Assembly (NCBI GenBank): GCA_963701965.1
Contig: OY969695.1
Location: 4,064,001-4,128,000, forward strand
Source: an uncultured Gemmatimonadales bacterium
GTDB taxonomy: Bacteria; Gemmatimonadota; Gemmatimonadetes; Gemmatimonadales; Gemmatimonadaceae
Direction of reading: 5' to 3'
Length of the DNA: 64,000 nucleotides
Each line of letters starts with the position of its first letter. Within the stretch, counting starts at the first letter, position 1. Below, in pieces: positions 19,993 to 32,183 of the stretch. The position numbers were made by a program, and so were the translations under genes. A model generated the notes under the pieces. It saw nothing but the letters and a program-made list of their open reading frames with translations, was not told the origin of the DNA and did no database searches.

Positions 19993-21091
19993 ATGAAGAT
20001 AATGGACGCGGTGGTGGCCGGCGAGACGAAGCGCCGCTGCCTCGTCGTCGACGACGAGCCGCGCTTGCGTCAGGTGCTGATGCGGCTCATGGAGGGTGAG
20101 GGCTTCGAGTGCCGGGAGGCCGCGTCAGGGGCCGAGGCGATCGAAGTGCTGCGCCATCACGACGTGACGCTGGTGCTGACCGATCTGCGCATGCCGCAGA
20201 TGGACGGCATTCGAGCTCCTGCGGCAGGTGCGCGCGCGCCACCCGGACACCGCGGTGGTGTTGATCACGGCCGTGGCCGATGTGGACATCGCGGTCAGCT
20301 GCTTGGGCGCTGGCGCGATGGACTATCTCATGAAGCCCTTCAATCTCGACGAGGTCCGCGCCCGCGTGGCGCAGGCGTTGGAGAAACGCCGCCTGCTAGT
20401 CGAGAATCGCGGCTATCAGGAGCGCCTCGAGGAGCGCGTGCAAGCCCAGGCGCGGCGCCTGGAGGAGCTCTTCCTGGCCAGTATGCAGGCCTTTGCCGAG
20501 GCGTTGGAGGTCAAAGACCGGTACACGCGCGGCCACTCGGTGCGCGTCAGCCAGTACTCGGCCGCCATCGCGCGGGTCATGGGATTGCCATCGGAGGTCG
20601 TGCGCCAGATCGAGATTGGCGGGCATGTGCACGACATCGGGAAGATCGGCGTGCGCGAGTCCGTGCTCAACAAGCCCGGGCCGCTCACGGACGAAGAGTA
20701 CGAGCACATCATGACGCACCCGATGGTCGGCTGGCGGATCCTGGCCCCCATCCTGGGCGATGCCCCGCTCGCGCTCAACATCGTGCGCTCCCACCACGAG
20801 CGCTTCGACGGCCGCGGGATCCCGGACGGTCTGGCGGGAACGGGCATCCCGCTCGAAGCGCGCATCGCCGCGGTGGCGGACGCGTTCGACGCGATGACGA
20901 GCGGCCGGGCGTATCGCCGGGGCGGACGGCTGGGCCTCGACGCCGCGCTCGGTGAAATGCGACGGTGTAACGGCACGCAGTTCGATCCCGAGGTGTTGGC
21001 GGCGTTCGTGACGGCGATCGATACCGGCGCGATCGCACTCGAGACGGTGACGTTGAGCGGCGACTACCCGGCGGTGGGCCGCGCCACCTAG
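19993..21091 (+). CDS. Response regulator with REC and HD-GYP-type phosphohydrolase domains; apparent +1 frameshift
   Basis: VVDDE, DLRMP.MDG then (other frame) KPF, HS.RV, HDIGK and HHERFDG.G.PDGL. One T removed at CATTC 20208-20212 joins the frames. Confidence 0.88.
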
Positions 21092-21100
21092 CTTTGAGGG

Positions 21101-22627
21101 ATGTCGACCGCCGGCCTCATGATCAGCGTGTCGGGTATCCGGGGCCGTGTCGGTGAAGCCCTGACGCCCGAGCTCGTCACGCAATATGCAGCAGGGTTTG
21201 CAACTTGGGCGTCAGCCCAAGTGCCAGCCCGAGCGGCGTCTGATGCAACTTGGGCGTCAGCCCAAGTGCCAGCCCGAGCGGCGTCTGATGCAACTTGGGC
21301 GTCAGCCCAAGTGCCAGCCCGAGCGGCGTCTGATGCAACTTGGGCGTCAGCCCAAGTGCCAGCCCGAGCGGCGTCTGAGCGAACAAACGCCATCGTCGTT
21401 GGTCGTGATAGCCGGGTGTCCGGTCCCATGTTTCACCGCGCGGTGCTCGCGGGAATCCAATCAGTCGGATGTGACGTGATCGACGTCGGCCTCGCGCCGA
21501 CGCCGACAATCCAACTGGCCGTGGAGCACCACCACGCCGCGGGCGGCCTGGCGATCACGGCAAGTCACAACCCGGTCGAGTGGAACGCGCTCAAGTTCAT
21601 TGGGCCGAGTGGGCTGTTCCTGTCGGGCGAGGACGGCGCGGCGATGCGCGAGGCGACCGCGCGCGGCATCGCGCGCGCCACGTGGGACCGCCTCGGCACG
21701 GTGCGCGTGGACGACCAGGCGATCGAGCGGCATCTCGCCCAGATCCTGGCGTTGCCGTACATCGATGTGGAGGCGCTCCGGCGCCGCCGCTTTCATGTGG
21801 CGCTGGACTGCGTGCGCGGCGCTGGCGCCACCATCATGCCGCGGCTCTTGGAGCGACTGGGCTGCACGGTCACGGCGATCAACTTGGAGACCGACGGACG
21901 TTTCCCGCGACCGCCCGAACCGATCGCCGAGAACCTGTCGGATCTGGAGCGCCTCGTTTGCGTTTCGGGGGCCGACATCGGTTTGGCCGTCGATCCCGAT
22001 GTTGACCGGTTGGCGCTCGTCGACGAGACGGGGAAGGCGGTGGGTGAGGATTATACGCTGGCGCTGGCCGCGGGCGCGGTCCTTCGCCGCCGCCGGGGGC
22101 CGGTTGTGACGAACTTGTCCACCAGCCGGGTCGTCGATGATGCGGCGGCGCTCGCGGGCGTCGAGGTGATCCGGGCGCCGGTGGGAGAGGTCAACGTCGC
22201 GATGCGCATGCGCGCGGTCGGATCCCCGGTGGGTGGTGAAGGAAACGGGGGCGTGATCGTCAGTGATCTGCACCTCGGCCGCGATGCGCCGGTCGGGGCG
22301 GCGCTGGTGTTGCAGCTGTTGGTGGACGATGGGGCGCGCCTTTCCGAAGTCGTCGCACGCCGTCCGCGGTACGCCATCGTCAAGGACAAGTTGGACCGTC
22401 CGCCGGGAGGCATTGATCTCGGAACGGTCTATGCTGCGTTACGGAGCACTTTTGCCGGGGCTGGGGTAGACACGGACGACGGCATTCGTTTCGCTTGGGC
22501 GGACCGGTGGGTCCACATTCGCCCCAGTGGGACGGAGCCCGTCGTCCGCGTGATCGCCGAAGCGCCAACGGTCGAGCAGGCGCGCGAGCTGGTCGCGCGT
22601 GCTCGCGTACCGCTTCAGCACACTTAG
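21101..22627 (+). CDS. glmM: Phosphoglucosamine mutase / phosphohexomutase
   Basis: SVSGIRG, GRDSR, TASHNP, DPDVDR, GGEGNGG and RPSGTEP; adjacent to glmS. Confidence 0.88.
   Translation: MSTAGLMISVSGIRGRVGEALTPELVTQYAAGFATWASAQVPARAASDATWASAQVPARAASDATWASAQVPARAASDATWASAQVPARAASERTNAIVVGRDSRVSGPMFHRAVLAGIQSVGCDVIDVGLAPTPTIQLAVEHHHAAGGLAITASHNPVEWNALKFIGPSGLFLSGEDGAAMREATARGIARATWDRLGTVRVDDQAIERHLAQILALPYIDVEALRRRRFHVALDCVRGAGATIMPRLLERLGCTVTAINLETDGRFPRPPEPIAENLSDLERLVCVSGADIGLAVDPDVDRLALVDETGKAVGEDYTLALAAGAVLRRRRGPVVTNLSTSRVVDDAAALAGVEVIRAPVGEVNVAMRMRAVGSPVGGEGNGGVIVSDLHLGRDAPVGAALVLQLLVDDGARLSEVVARRPRYAIVKDKLDRPPGGIDLGTVYAALRSTFAGAGVDTDDGIRFAWADRWVHIRPSGTEPVVRVIAEAPTVEQARELVARARVPLQHT
21200..21379 (+). 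repeat. In-frame tandem repeat, four 45-bp units ([15 protein letters not shown]) inside glmM
   Basis: Units at 21200, 21245, 21290 and 21335, identical except the last base; each contains the hairpin ACTTGGGC-GTCA-GCCCAAGT. Confidence 0.97.
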
Positions 22628-22640
22628 ATCAGGATCAACG

Positions 22641-24466
22641 ATGTGTGGAATCGTCGGGTACATCGGGCCGCGGTCGGCCGCGCCGGTCCTCATTGATGGG
22701 CTGAAGCGCCTCGAATATCGCGGGTACGATTCCGCGGGGGTCGCGGTCATGAATGGGCGGCTGGAAACGCGGAAGCAAGCCGGCAAGATCTCGCGCCTGG
22801 AGCTGCTACTCGACGCCGAGCCGATCGAGGGTTCGGTCGGCATTGCGCATACCCGGTGGGCCACGCACGGCGCGCCCAACCAGTGCAACGCGCACCCGCA
22901 TCTGGACTGCAAGGCCCAGTTCGCCGTCGTCCACAACGGCATCATCGAAAACGCCACGCCGTTACGGCATATGCTCGAGGAGCACGGACATTCTGTTCGT
23001 CTCCGAGACCGATACCGAGGTCCTGGCGCACCTGATCGAGGCGGCGTTCGACGGCTCGCTCGAGGACGCGGTCATCGAGGCGCTGCATCAGGTGGAGGGG
23101 GCGTATGGCATCGCCGTCGTCTCCAGCTTGGACCCGGACAAGGTCGTCGCCGCCCGCAAAGGCAGCCCGTTGTTGATCGGCCTGGGCGAGGGCGAGTACT
23201 ACGTCGCCAGCGACGCGTCAGCGATCCTGGCCCACACGCGCGAGGTCGTCTATCTCGAGGATGGCGATCTGGCGGTGCTCGACCGCAATGGCTATCGCAT
23301 TCTCGATCTCAATGCGGCGACGCTGACGCGGCGGGTCAGCAAGATCGACTGGGATCTGGCCCAGATCGAGCGGGGCGGCTACGCGCACTTCATGCTCAAG
23401 GAGATCTTCGAGCAGCCGGACACGATCGCCAACACGATCGCGGGCCGGTTGCTGCTCGACGATGCCACGGCGAAGCTGACGGGCATGAACCTGACCGACG
23501 ATGAGTTGCTCACGGTCGACAACATCATCATTACGGCCTGCGGGACGAGCTGGCACTCGGCGCTGATCGGCGAGCAGATGATCGAGGAGGTCTGCCGGGT
23601 CCCGGTGGAAGTGGAGTACGCCTCGGAGTTCCGCTATCGCAATCCCATTGTCGGGCCGCGCACGTTGTGCATCGTCATCTCCCAGTCGGGTGAGACGGCG
23701 GACACGCTGGCCGCCATGCGGGAAGCGCAGCGCCGCGGCGCCCGCACGCTCGGTCTCGTGAACGTGGTCGGCTCCACGATCGCGCGCGAGGCGGGCGCCG
23801 GCATCTGATTTGCACGCGGGACCGGAGATCGGCGTGGCGTCGACCAAGGCGTTCACCAGCCAAGTGGTGGCGCTCGCCATGTTCACGCTCAAGCTCGGCC
23901 GCCTCAAGGCATTGTCGGTGCTTGGCGGCTCCGGGATCATCAAGGCCCTGGAGGCGCTGCCCGCGCAAGTGCGGCAGATCCTCGATCGGGCGCACGAGAT
24001 CGAAGAGTTGGCCGAAGAGTTCAAGCGGGCGCAGAATTTCCTGTATCTGGGGCGCGGGTACAATTTCCCGACGGCGTTGGAAGGCGCGCTCAAGCTGAAG
24101 GAAATCAGCTACATCCACGCCGAGGGCTACCCGGCGGCGGAAATGAAGCACGGTCCGATCGCGCTCATCGACGAGATGATGCCGGTCGTCTTCATCGCGC
24201 CACACGATTCGGTATTCGACAAGGTCGTCTCCAACGTGCAAGAAGTGAAAGCCCGCCGCGGGACGGTCATCGCCATCACGAGCCGCGACGAGCCGTCGCT
24301 CAAGGGCAAGCTGAACTACGAGTTCCGCATCCCGGAGACGATCGACATGCTGACGCCCGTGCTGGCGTCGGTGCCGCTGCAGCTGCTGGCGTACTACGTC
24401 GCCGTGAAGCGCGGCGCGAACGTCGACCAGCCGCGCAACCTGGCCAAGTCCGTCACCGTCGAATAG
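22641..24466 (+). CDS. glmS: Glutamine--fructose-6-phosphate transaminase; two apparent +1 frameshifts
   Basis: [47 protein letters not shown] and [11 protein letters not shown]. Frame breaks at 22989-22993 (CATTC) and about 23807. Confidence 0.95.
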
Positions 24467-24467
24467 C

Positions 24468-24905
24468 CTGCGCGTCCTCGTCCAGCGCGTCTCGCGCGCC
24501 GAGGTCCGCGTCGGCGTCCGCGTGACGGGGCGCATCGGCCGCGGATTTCTGCTCCTCGTCGGCTTCACGCACAGCGACGCCGAAGCGCAAGTGATGTGGA
24601 TGGCCGAAAAAATCGCCGGCCTCAGGGTGTTCTCGGACGCCGACGACAAGATGAACTTGTCGCTCGCCGACGTCGGTGGCGCGCTCCTCGTCGTCTCCCA
24701 ATTCACGCTCTACGGCGACGCCGTCAAAGGCCGCCGACCCAGCTTCATCGACGCCGCGCGCCCCGAAGTCGCGATCCCGTTATACGAACGTTTTCTCGCA
24801 CTCCTGCGAGCCCAGAACATCACCGTCGAGACGGGCGAGTTCGGCGCCATGATGGACGTCGAGCTTGTAAACGACGGCCCCGTCACGCTTTGGCTAGAGC
24901 GCTAA
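24468..24905 (+). CDS. dtd: D-aminoacyl-tRNA deacylase
   Basis: (L)[19 protein letters not shown] and NDGPVT. The conserved N-terminus begins at CTG 24468. Confidence 0.93.
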   Translation: MRVLVQRVSRAEVRVGVRVTGRIGRGFLLLVGFTHSDAEAQVMWMAEKIAGLRVFSDADDKMNLSLADVGGALLVVSQFTLYGDAVKGRRPSFIDAARPEVAIPLYERFLALLRAQNITVETGEFGAMMDVELVNDGPVTLWLER

Positions 24906-24940
24906 CCGTTTAGCTGACGCGGCGGTATATTCGGCGCCAT

Positions 24941-25564
24941 ATGTCGCGCCGACTATTAATGTTTTTCGCGTTGTCGACGCTCGGCTGCGCTGGCAGCACG
25001 AGCCCAATTTCGACGGCCGCGGAGCTCGCGGCGCTTCAGCTGGACAGCATCGCGAAGGCCTCTTGCTCGGGCGGATCGGGTTACCGGTGTCAGATGATGG
25101 CGATCGCCATCCAGGCCGAAGCCTTAGGCGCCGCGCCGGTCCCAATTCGGCTCAATACCGTCGGGGCCCCGCAGACGTGGTACGCGGTTGGTTTCGACAA
25201 CGCCACCTCAGGGTTCGTGACGCATCTGTACTACGTGATCGTGTACAGCGACCCGCAATTCACCAACGCGATCGAGTTAGTCATCCTCGTGAACCAGGAC
25301 ACGGTGCTCGGGCAGGCCAACACCGCGTTCAACGGAATCCTCGCGCAACCGACGACTAGTCAGGCGGGATTGACCGCGGGGAGTTTCGGCACGCCATGTC
25401 ACGCGACGCCCGGGATCAATGTCCGACCGCTGGCTGATTGCCACATCGGTACCGCCACGGTCTCAGCGATGGTTGTCTCGCAACCGGTGGTGAACAGCCA
25501 AACCGTACTAGACTCCATCTCGATCGCACCGCAAGTCGTCGCCGTCGCTCGAGAAGAACCGTAA
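24941..25564 (+). CDS. Hypothetical lipoprotein (paralog 1)
   Basis: Lipobox LGC; Cys pairs; ends LDSISIAPQVV like the neighbouring gene. Confidence 0.7.
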   Translation: MSRRLLMFFALSTLGCAGSTSPISTAAELAALQLDSIAKASCSGGSGYRCQMMAIAIQAEALGAAPVPIRLNTVGAPQTWYAVGFDNATSGFVTHLYYVIVYSDPQFTNAIELVILVNQDTVLGQANTAFNGILAQPTTSQAGLTAGSFGTPCHATPGINVRPLADCHIGTATVSAMVVSQPVVNSQTVLDSISIAPQVVAVAREEP

Positions 25565-25566
25565 CG

Positions 25567-26232
25567 GTGTCGCGTGGTCGCGCTTCGTTGTTCATTGTTT
25601 GCGCGGCCACAACGCTTGCCGCATGCGACAGCGGCACGAGCCCCAACGAACTGCGCGCAGCGGCTGCGGCCCGACAGTTCAATGAGCTCGCGCATGAGGT
25701 CTGCGCCGCTAACCTACAGGACCCGTCGTTCCCGGTCTCAGGGCGGTGCACCCTGATCGAGAGCGTACTGACCGCCACCGGCATGGGCGCCGGGCCAGTG
25801 CTGATTCCCGTCCAGACACGCGCCGGCACGCAGATGTGGGGAGCGGTGGGTTTTGCCCTGATCTCCGGGCCGGTGACATCGTTGGAGACGACGTACCAGG
25901 CGTTCGTATACAGCGACACCGGCCTCACAGACGTCATCAATCCGATACAGATCCTCACGCCCGGCAATGGAGTCACGGGCGCCTACTTGTTTGTGTCGGA
26001 TTCTCTCGCGGCTCTATCGACGGGCGTTCAGTTGACGCCTGGCCAATTCGGCGGCGCATGCCACCCAATGCCGGGCATCGCGCTGCCCGCTGCTCTCGGT
26101 GCCTCGTCGTGTGCGCTCGGCACGCTGACGTTCTCCATGGCCGCCGTGTCCGGAGGCCATGGGGTTCCCGCATCGCTCGACTCAGTCACGATCGCGCCCC
26201 AGGTGGTCAGCGCCCTTCTACTCCATCGATAA
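25567..26232 (+). CDS. Hypothetical lipoprotein (paralog 2)
   Basis: Lipobox LAAC; shares W.AVGF, VYSD, G.FG..CH..PGI and LDS..IAPQVV with paralog 1. Confidence 0.7.
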   Translation: MSRGRASLFIVCAATTLAACDSGTSPNELRAAAAARQFNELAHEVCAANLQDPSFPVSGRCTLIESVLTATGMGAGPVLIPVQTRAGTQMWGAVGFALISGPVTSLETTYQAFVYSDTGLTDVINPIQILTPGNGVTGAYLFVSDSLAALSTGVQLTPGQFGGACHPMPGIALPAALGASSCALGTLTFSMAAVSGGHGVPASLDSVTIAPQVVSALLLHR

Positions 26233-26404
26233 CCGCCCGCGGCCACCGCGGCTCGACAGCTCTACGCCGACGGGCAGGCCATTTGTGCTGCGAACTTGCA
26301 GGACCCGCGAAACGTGGTTTCCGAGCAGTGCGTGCTACTCGATGGCATTCGGCTCGATCACGATCGCGCCCCAGGTGGTAGGCGCCGTTCGTCTGCAGCG
26401 ATAA
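26233..26404 (+). pseudogene. Internally deleted third lipoprotein paralog without a start codon
   Basis: Encodes AATAARQL...ICAANLQDP...QCVLLD joined to SITIAPQVVGAVRLQR-stop. Confidence 0.7.
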
Positions 26405-26427
26405 CGGCGCCTACTCCGAGTCAGCGT

Positions 26428-26826
26428 TCAGCTGCCCATGTCGTAGAAGAACTCTTCCTGCACGATCTTGCCCTGCTGAACGGTGTACAGCGCCGTCTCG
26501 TCCAACGTCATGCGCTGCCCGGCCATCGGCCCGCTCTTCGCGGTGACGTCGAACTTGTAGTGCACGATGAACCGGTCGCCGTGCGGCCAGGGACCGTCGA
26601 CGGAGGCGCCGTGCACTTCGTGGTTCTTCTCCCACCACTCGTTCTTGCCGCGAACGGCATCGAGCCCTTCCACGCGCGCGGGCATCGCCGGACTCGCCGC
26701 CGCTTCGACGCTCACGATCGTGGGGCTGTAGAGCTCATCGATCGCCTGCGTGTTCTTGCCGCTGCGACAGAAATCCACCAGCTCATGTCCGACCCGCATC
26801 GTATCCGCCACTACCGTTTCGCTCAT
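26428..26826 (-). CDS. SnoaL/NTF2-like protein
   Basis: ELYSP.IVSVE, GPWPHGDRF and KIVQEEFFY; GGAG SD. Confidence 0.85.
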   Translation of the reverse strand: MSETVVADTMRVGHELVDFCRSGKNTQAIDELYSPTIVSVEAAASPAMPARVEGLDAVRGKNEWWEKNHEVHGASVDGPWPHGDRFIVHYKFDVTAKSGPMAGQRMTLDETALYTVQQGKIVQEEFFYDMGS

Positions 26827-26882
26827 CGGTGACACTCCTGCAAGTGTTGACGTCGAGTGAATCGCTAATGATAATCGGCCGC

Positions 26883-29800
26883 TCAACCCGGGAAGTCCAC
26901 CTCACGCACGTTATCCTCCGGCGTGCGATCGATGAGCTTGTTGTACGGGTCGACGCCCGCTTTCACTGGACGTTCCGGTACGACGAAATCGACCGACATC
27001 GACGGATTCGTGACGTGGACTTTACGGACCGCGAGCGGCTTCCCCAGCTTGTTTCCTTTTTCCCGCGCCCCGAACACACCGACATCAATGTAGTCGTTGA
27101 TCGGTATCTCGCTCTCCGTCCCCAGACTGTCGGCCCGCAGCTTCTTCGCGGCCAGCGTCAAATGGACGGCATACTGGCCGTCCGGCCGCTTCGTCGCCGT
27201 CGCCGTCACCGCCTTGTTGTCGTACAGCGTGATCGTCTCGAACAGATCATGGATGACGTACTGGAGCGAGTCCGGGGTCACCGCCCGGATGTACTTGAGG
27301 AACTCCACCGTGTTGGTGTACGGCGGCTGCTGGAACGCCTTGTCGTGCAGGAAGCGGTGCAGGGCCGAGTTCAGCGAGTCCTCCCCGATGTAGTCCCGCA
27401 GGGCATAGAACGCCAGCGAGCCCTTGTTATAGTGGATGTAGGCCTGACCCTCGACCAACATGAGGGGCAGCTCTTTCTTGCGCTCGCTACTACGCCCGCG
27501 CAGATAACGGTCCAGCTCGTATCGGAGAAACTTCTGCGCGCTCGCCGCGCCGTACTTCTTCTCCATGACCGTCAGCGCCGAGTACTCGGCCAGCGACTCG
27601 ATCAGCATCGTGGCGCCTTGCTGGTTTGCCCCCACGACCTGATGGCCCCACCATTGATGCGCCAGCTCATGCGCCGTCACGAACAGTGGCCAGTCGAGAT
27701 CGTCATCCTCGTCATTGACGCGCGCCACGAACCCGATCCCCTCGGAGAAGGGGACGGTGTTCGGGAACGATTGGGCGAAGGTCCCATATCGCGGAAACTC
27801 AATGATACGGTACTGGCGGAACTGGTACGGGCTGAAATGCGTCGTGTAGTACGCGAGTCCGCGCTTTGTCCCCTCGATCATCCGGGGGATGTCGAACTCG
27901 TGCCCCGGCTGATAGTACACCTCGATCGCCGTCCCCAACGCGCTGTCACGCCAAACCAGATAGCGCGCCGATTGGATCGAGTAGAAATCGAGGATCGGCG
28001 TGTCCATGTGATAGGCGAACACGCGCCGTCCATTCTCGGTCCACTCCCGCTGCAGATACCCAGGCGCGATCGCGATCTGATCCGGCGCCGTACTGACCTC
28101 GGCGTCGAACGTCACCCAATCCGCGTCGGTCGACAACAAGTTGTTCGCCCGGGCCGACTCGTCGTGAATCGACGGCATCCGCTCCTTGGGCGCGAGCTTC
28201 TCGCCCTTTCGCTTGTCGTCGTCGCTCAACTCGACCTGATCGTCGTACGCCAACGTCGGGAAGTACGTCCAATTCAAGAACGTCCCGTTGGCGACGATGT
28301 TATCGTTGGGAGTGCCGTTGGGAAATCCCGCTGCCGTGAAATGTCCGCCGAATGCCAACGCGATCGAGTCGCCGGACGCGAGCGGCGTCGCCAGGCGGTA
28401 GAGATAGACGCCCTGCGCCGAATCGGCCAACAGCACCTGTGTCGGGCGACTCCAGACGAGGGAATCGACCCGATACCCCTGCGCCAACACCACGGCGCCG
28501 CCGATCGCCGTGTTGGAGACGCTGACGTACAGACTGTCGAGCGCCCGGGGTTGCTTGTTCACGATCCGGTACACGCTGCTCAACGCGAACGCGCGTCGCT
28601 CGGGCACCAGGTCCGCCCGGATGCGGACTCCGACGATTCGCGGACTCGCCATCGACTTGAAACGCCGATAGGTGCGCTCGTACTCCGCCTGCGCGTGCTC
28701 CGTCGTCTTGGTATTCGAGTACCGGTTGAGAATAGCCGTGTTGTACCAAAGCCATCCACCAGTCGTCACCGCGGCCAGCGCGGTCGTGCCGCCGAGCCAC
28801 TGCGTCGCTGACGACCGCCAGCGGGAAAGAACTGCCGATTGTCGGATACGGCGCGTGTCATCGGCGCCCCGCACCCACACCAGATACGCCAGGACGAGCA
28901 ACACCAGCGCGACGGCCGTATAGTAGATCTCGATACCCGCGATCGACCGCGCGTAGTGGCCGAAGCCGTTCATGTCCGAATATGTGTAGCTCGGCAGGAC
29001 CCCGTACTGGTAGATCACCCGCTGCAGACCCAGATTGGTGAGCACGAGCGTGCCCACAAAAAGCAGGATCATGATGAAATGCCCAACGAACTTCTCGTTG
29101 ACCAGCGCATGCACAAAGAAGGCGAGCGCCGCGAGCTGGATGATGTTGGGGAACGCGATTCCGAAGACGGTCCGGGCGTAGAGACCCAGCTCGTAATGGT
29201 GGTAGCCCTTCAGCGTTTGCACGGCGATCGTGGCGACGACCGACACGAGCTCGGCGACCGTCATGGCGCCCAGAAATGCCAGCAGCTTTCCTGCGAGCGT
29301 GATGCCGGTGGGCACAGGGAGGGCGTCGGTGGTGCCGGACAACCGCAGTTGGCGCTCGCGCCACACCAGTTCGCCGGCGTAGATCGTCGTCAGGATGATC
29401 ACGAACAGGTACATGCCGCTGACGACGACCGTGAGCATCTCGCCGGTCACCGGCCAGATGGTCGTGCCGTACTGCGTGTCCGTCGCCCACGCCAAGAGCC
29501 CGACGTTCACGAGGCTGACGCACACGATCGTCAGGAAGATCGGCTCCCGTACAATCCCGACGAAAAAGAATCGCGCTTGGCTGAACAGCTGGCGGAACCG
29601 CGCGCCGAAATCGAAATGCAGTGACACGGCGGGCAGGCGGAGCACGGCGGCCGTGAGTGGCGCCGGCGCCGGAAGAGGCGCCGCGGCCGACTTACGGCGC
29701 CAACCCCGCCACGTGAGCGATCGGGCCTCGACCTCGAGGCGGACCGTGGTCAACGTGAACGCCACCAGCAGCGCCGAGATGCCCAACCAGATGAGGCGAT

Positions 29801-30524
29801 TCCACAGCAACTCCCCGGTGAGCGTGATCGGGAGCGTATTCCGCTCGGCGACCGTCCAGTACCGCGTCAGCAAGCTCAGCGCCGAGTTGCCAAACGGATC
29901 GATCCGCGCCGCCAGCGTCAGGCGGTCGAGATTGCTGACGATCTGCTGCGAGACGCTCCAAGCGACCAGCAACGCGATGCCCTGCGTGTAGATCGCGAAC
30001 AAGTTGCGCGTCAATGCGCCGATCGCGAAGAACAGGGCGCTGACGAACAGGACGTCGGGGACCACGATGAACAGGAACGGCCGCACGTAGCTCGCCAAAT
30101 GGAACGCCTGGAGCTTGTCGTGATTGGCCCAGGGCATCAGGGTGCCCACGAAGGCGCCGATCGGCAGCGCGGAATAGATCGCGATCATCACGATCGCCGC
30201 GCCGGCAAAGCGTCCCCCCAGGTACCCGAGCCGCGTCACGCGGGTGGTGAACACCAGCTCGTGCGACTTGATCTGCACATCGCGGAGAATGGCCGTGCCC
30301 ACGACCCCCGTCGTGATCACCTGCCCGAGGAACGTCATGATCACGAAGACCGTGGCCAGCGACGAGGGCGCGTTCCGCATGACGCTGTCGTTGGCGCCCT
30401 GGACCGAGACCGAATCGGACGAGGTCAGGAAGAACGCCATCAAGAACAGGATGGCGAAGTACAGGTAGGTCGTTGCCTGGCGGCGTAAGAATGCCAGCTC
30501 GAGGCGCAGGATCGTCCAGAACAT
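26883..30524 (-). CDS. ABC-2 type permease fused to an M1 aminopeptidase domain
   Basis: Two multi-TM permease halves, then FAQSF, HELAHQWW, ESLAEYS and YNKG. Confidence 0.88.
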   Translation of the reverse strand: MFWTILRLELAFLRRQATTYLYFAILFLMAFFLTSSDSVSVQGANDSVMRNAPSSLATVFVIMTFLGQVITTGVVGTAILRDVQIKSHELVFTTRVTRLGYLGGRFAGAAIVMIAIYSALPIGAFVGTLMPWANHDKLQAFHLASYVRPFLFIVVPDVLFVSALFFAIGALTRNLFAIYTQGIALLVAWSVSQQIVSNLDRLTLAARIDPFGNSALSLLTRYWTVAERNTLPITLTGELLWNRLIWLGISALLVAFTLTTVRLEVEARSLTWRGWRRKSAAAPLPAPAPLTAAVLRLPAVSLHFDFGARFRQLFSQARFFFVGIVREPIFLTIVCVSLVNVGLLAWATDTQYGTTIWPVTGEMLTVVVSGMYLFVIILTTIYAGELVWRERQLRLSGTTDALPVPTGITLAGKLLAFLGAMTVAELVSVVATIAVQTLKGYHHYELGLYARTVFGIAFPNIIQLAALAFFVHALVNEKFVGHFIMILLFVGTLVLTNLGLQRVIYQYGVLPSYTYSDMNGFGHYARSIAGIEIYYTAVALVLLVLAYLVWVRGADDTRRIRQSAVLSRWRSSATQWLGGTTALAAVTTGGWLWYNTAILNRYSNTKTTEHAQAEYERTYRRFKSMASPRIVGVRIRADLVPERRAFALSSVYRIVNKQPRALDSLYVSVSNTAIGGAVVLAQGYRVDSLVWSRPTQVLLADSAQGVYLYRLATPLASGDSIALAFGGHFTAAGFPNGTPNDNIVANGTFLNWTYFPTLAYDDQVELSDDDKRKGEKLAPKERMPSIHDESARANNLLSTDADWVTFDAEVSTAPDQIAIAPGYLQREWTENGRRVFAYHMDTPILDFYSIQSARYLVWRDSALGTAIEVYYQPGHEFDIPRMIEGTKRGLAYYTTHFSPYQFRQYRIIEFPRYGTFAQSFPNTVPFSEGIGFVARVNDEDDDLDWPLFVTAHELAHQWWGHQVVGANQQGATMLIESLAEYSALTVMEKKYGAASAQKFLRYELDRYLRGRSSERKKELPLMLVEGQAYIHYNKGSLAFYALRDYIGEDSLNSALHRFLHDKAFQQPPYTNTVEFLKYIRAVTPDSLQYVIHDLFETITLYDNKAVTATATKRPDGQYAVHLTLAAKKLRADSLGTESEIPINDYIDVGVFGAREKGNKLGKPLAVRKVHVTNPSMSVDFVVPERPVKAGVDPYNKLIDRTPEDNVREVDFPG

Positions 30525-30526
30525 GG

Positions 30527-31411
<885 letters not shown>

Positions 31412-31646
31412 GGGGAGGGGTAAGGGTCGGTGGCGTGAAGAACGTGAGCCGGTACCCGTGACGGGTCAACGTACGGCGTGCGAGATACAAAAGTTTCGTG
31501 CGGTTGTTAAGTGTCCACGTCCGATCGGTTTGGGACAATGGCACGGTTACTGGGGGGCGGCCCGTTACCACGTGTTCAGCGGTTCGTCACGAAGACAGCG
31601 GGTTGTCAAGAAACGAGTCACTGGTCGGCACAATAGCAGCGGAGCG

Positions 31647-32183
31647 ATGATGCGCGGAAGATTCGCCGGTTCATTCGCCGTGGCACTGGTCGGACTAGGG
31701 ATGCCGGCGGCACGCCAGGTCGGGGCGCAGGTCACCTGCACCACGAACCCTTGCACGATTACGGACAATGTCAGTCTGACCATCAGTTCCACCATCCAAC
31801 TGACCCTGTCGGAGAACGCGACCGTTCTCACGTCGCCGCTGACGGCGAACTTCGGGACGGTGGCCAGTCCGGGGACGACCGGCACGACGGGACCGAATAT
31901 CAGCGTCCAGGCGAACATCCCCTGGTCACTCAACGTCAAGGCCAATGCGGCCACGTTCACCCCGAGCGGTGGGTCCACGTATAACAAACCCGCGTCCGAT
32001 GTGAGCGTCACATTGGATGGCACCACCAAGACGTTGTCGACCACCAACCAAGCGCTGGAGACCGCGCAGGCGGCCACCAGCTCCTACACGCAAACGGCCA
32101 GCTACACGACGGCGTTCGTCTGGACGCTCGATACGCCCGGGAACTATGCCCTGGGCGTCGCCTACACGATCTCGGCGCCATGA
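31647..32183 (+). CDS. Putative major pilin-like secreted subunit
   Basis: Signal peptide, N-terminal Cys pair, Thr/Ser-rich beta protein ending WTLDTPGNYALGVAYTISAP. Confidence 0.65.
   Translation: MMRGRFAGSFAVALVGLGMPAARQVGAQVTCTTNPCTITDNVSLTISSTIQLTLSENATVLTSPLTANFGTVASPGTTGTTGPNISVQANIPWSLNVKANAATFTPSGGSTYNKPASDVSVTLDGTTKTLSTTNQALETAQAATSSYTQTASYTTAFVWTLDTPGNYALGVAYTISAP

Noticed and set aside
22641..24466. glmS and the other broken genes as pseudogenes or programmed frameshifts
   Set aside because: Otherwise intact conserved sequences, all single-base insertions at the same motif on either strand, no slippery sites; sequencing error is simpler.
24900..26410. TAAC after four successive stop codons, as in integron cassettes
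   Set aside because: No attC-length palindromes follow; the next genes start within a few to about 35 bases.
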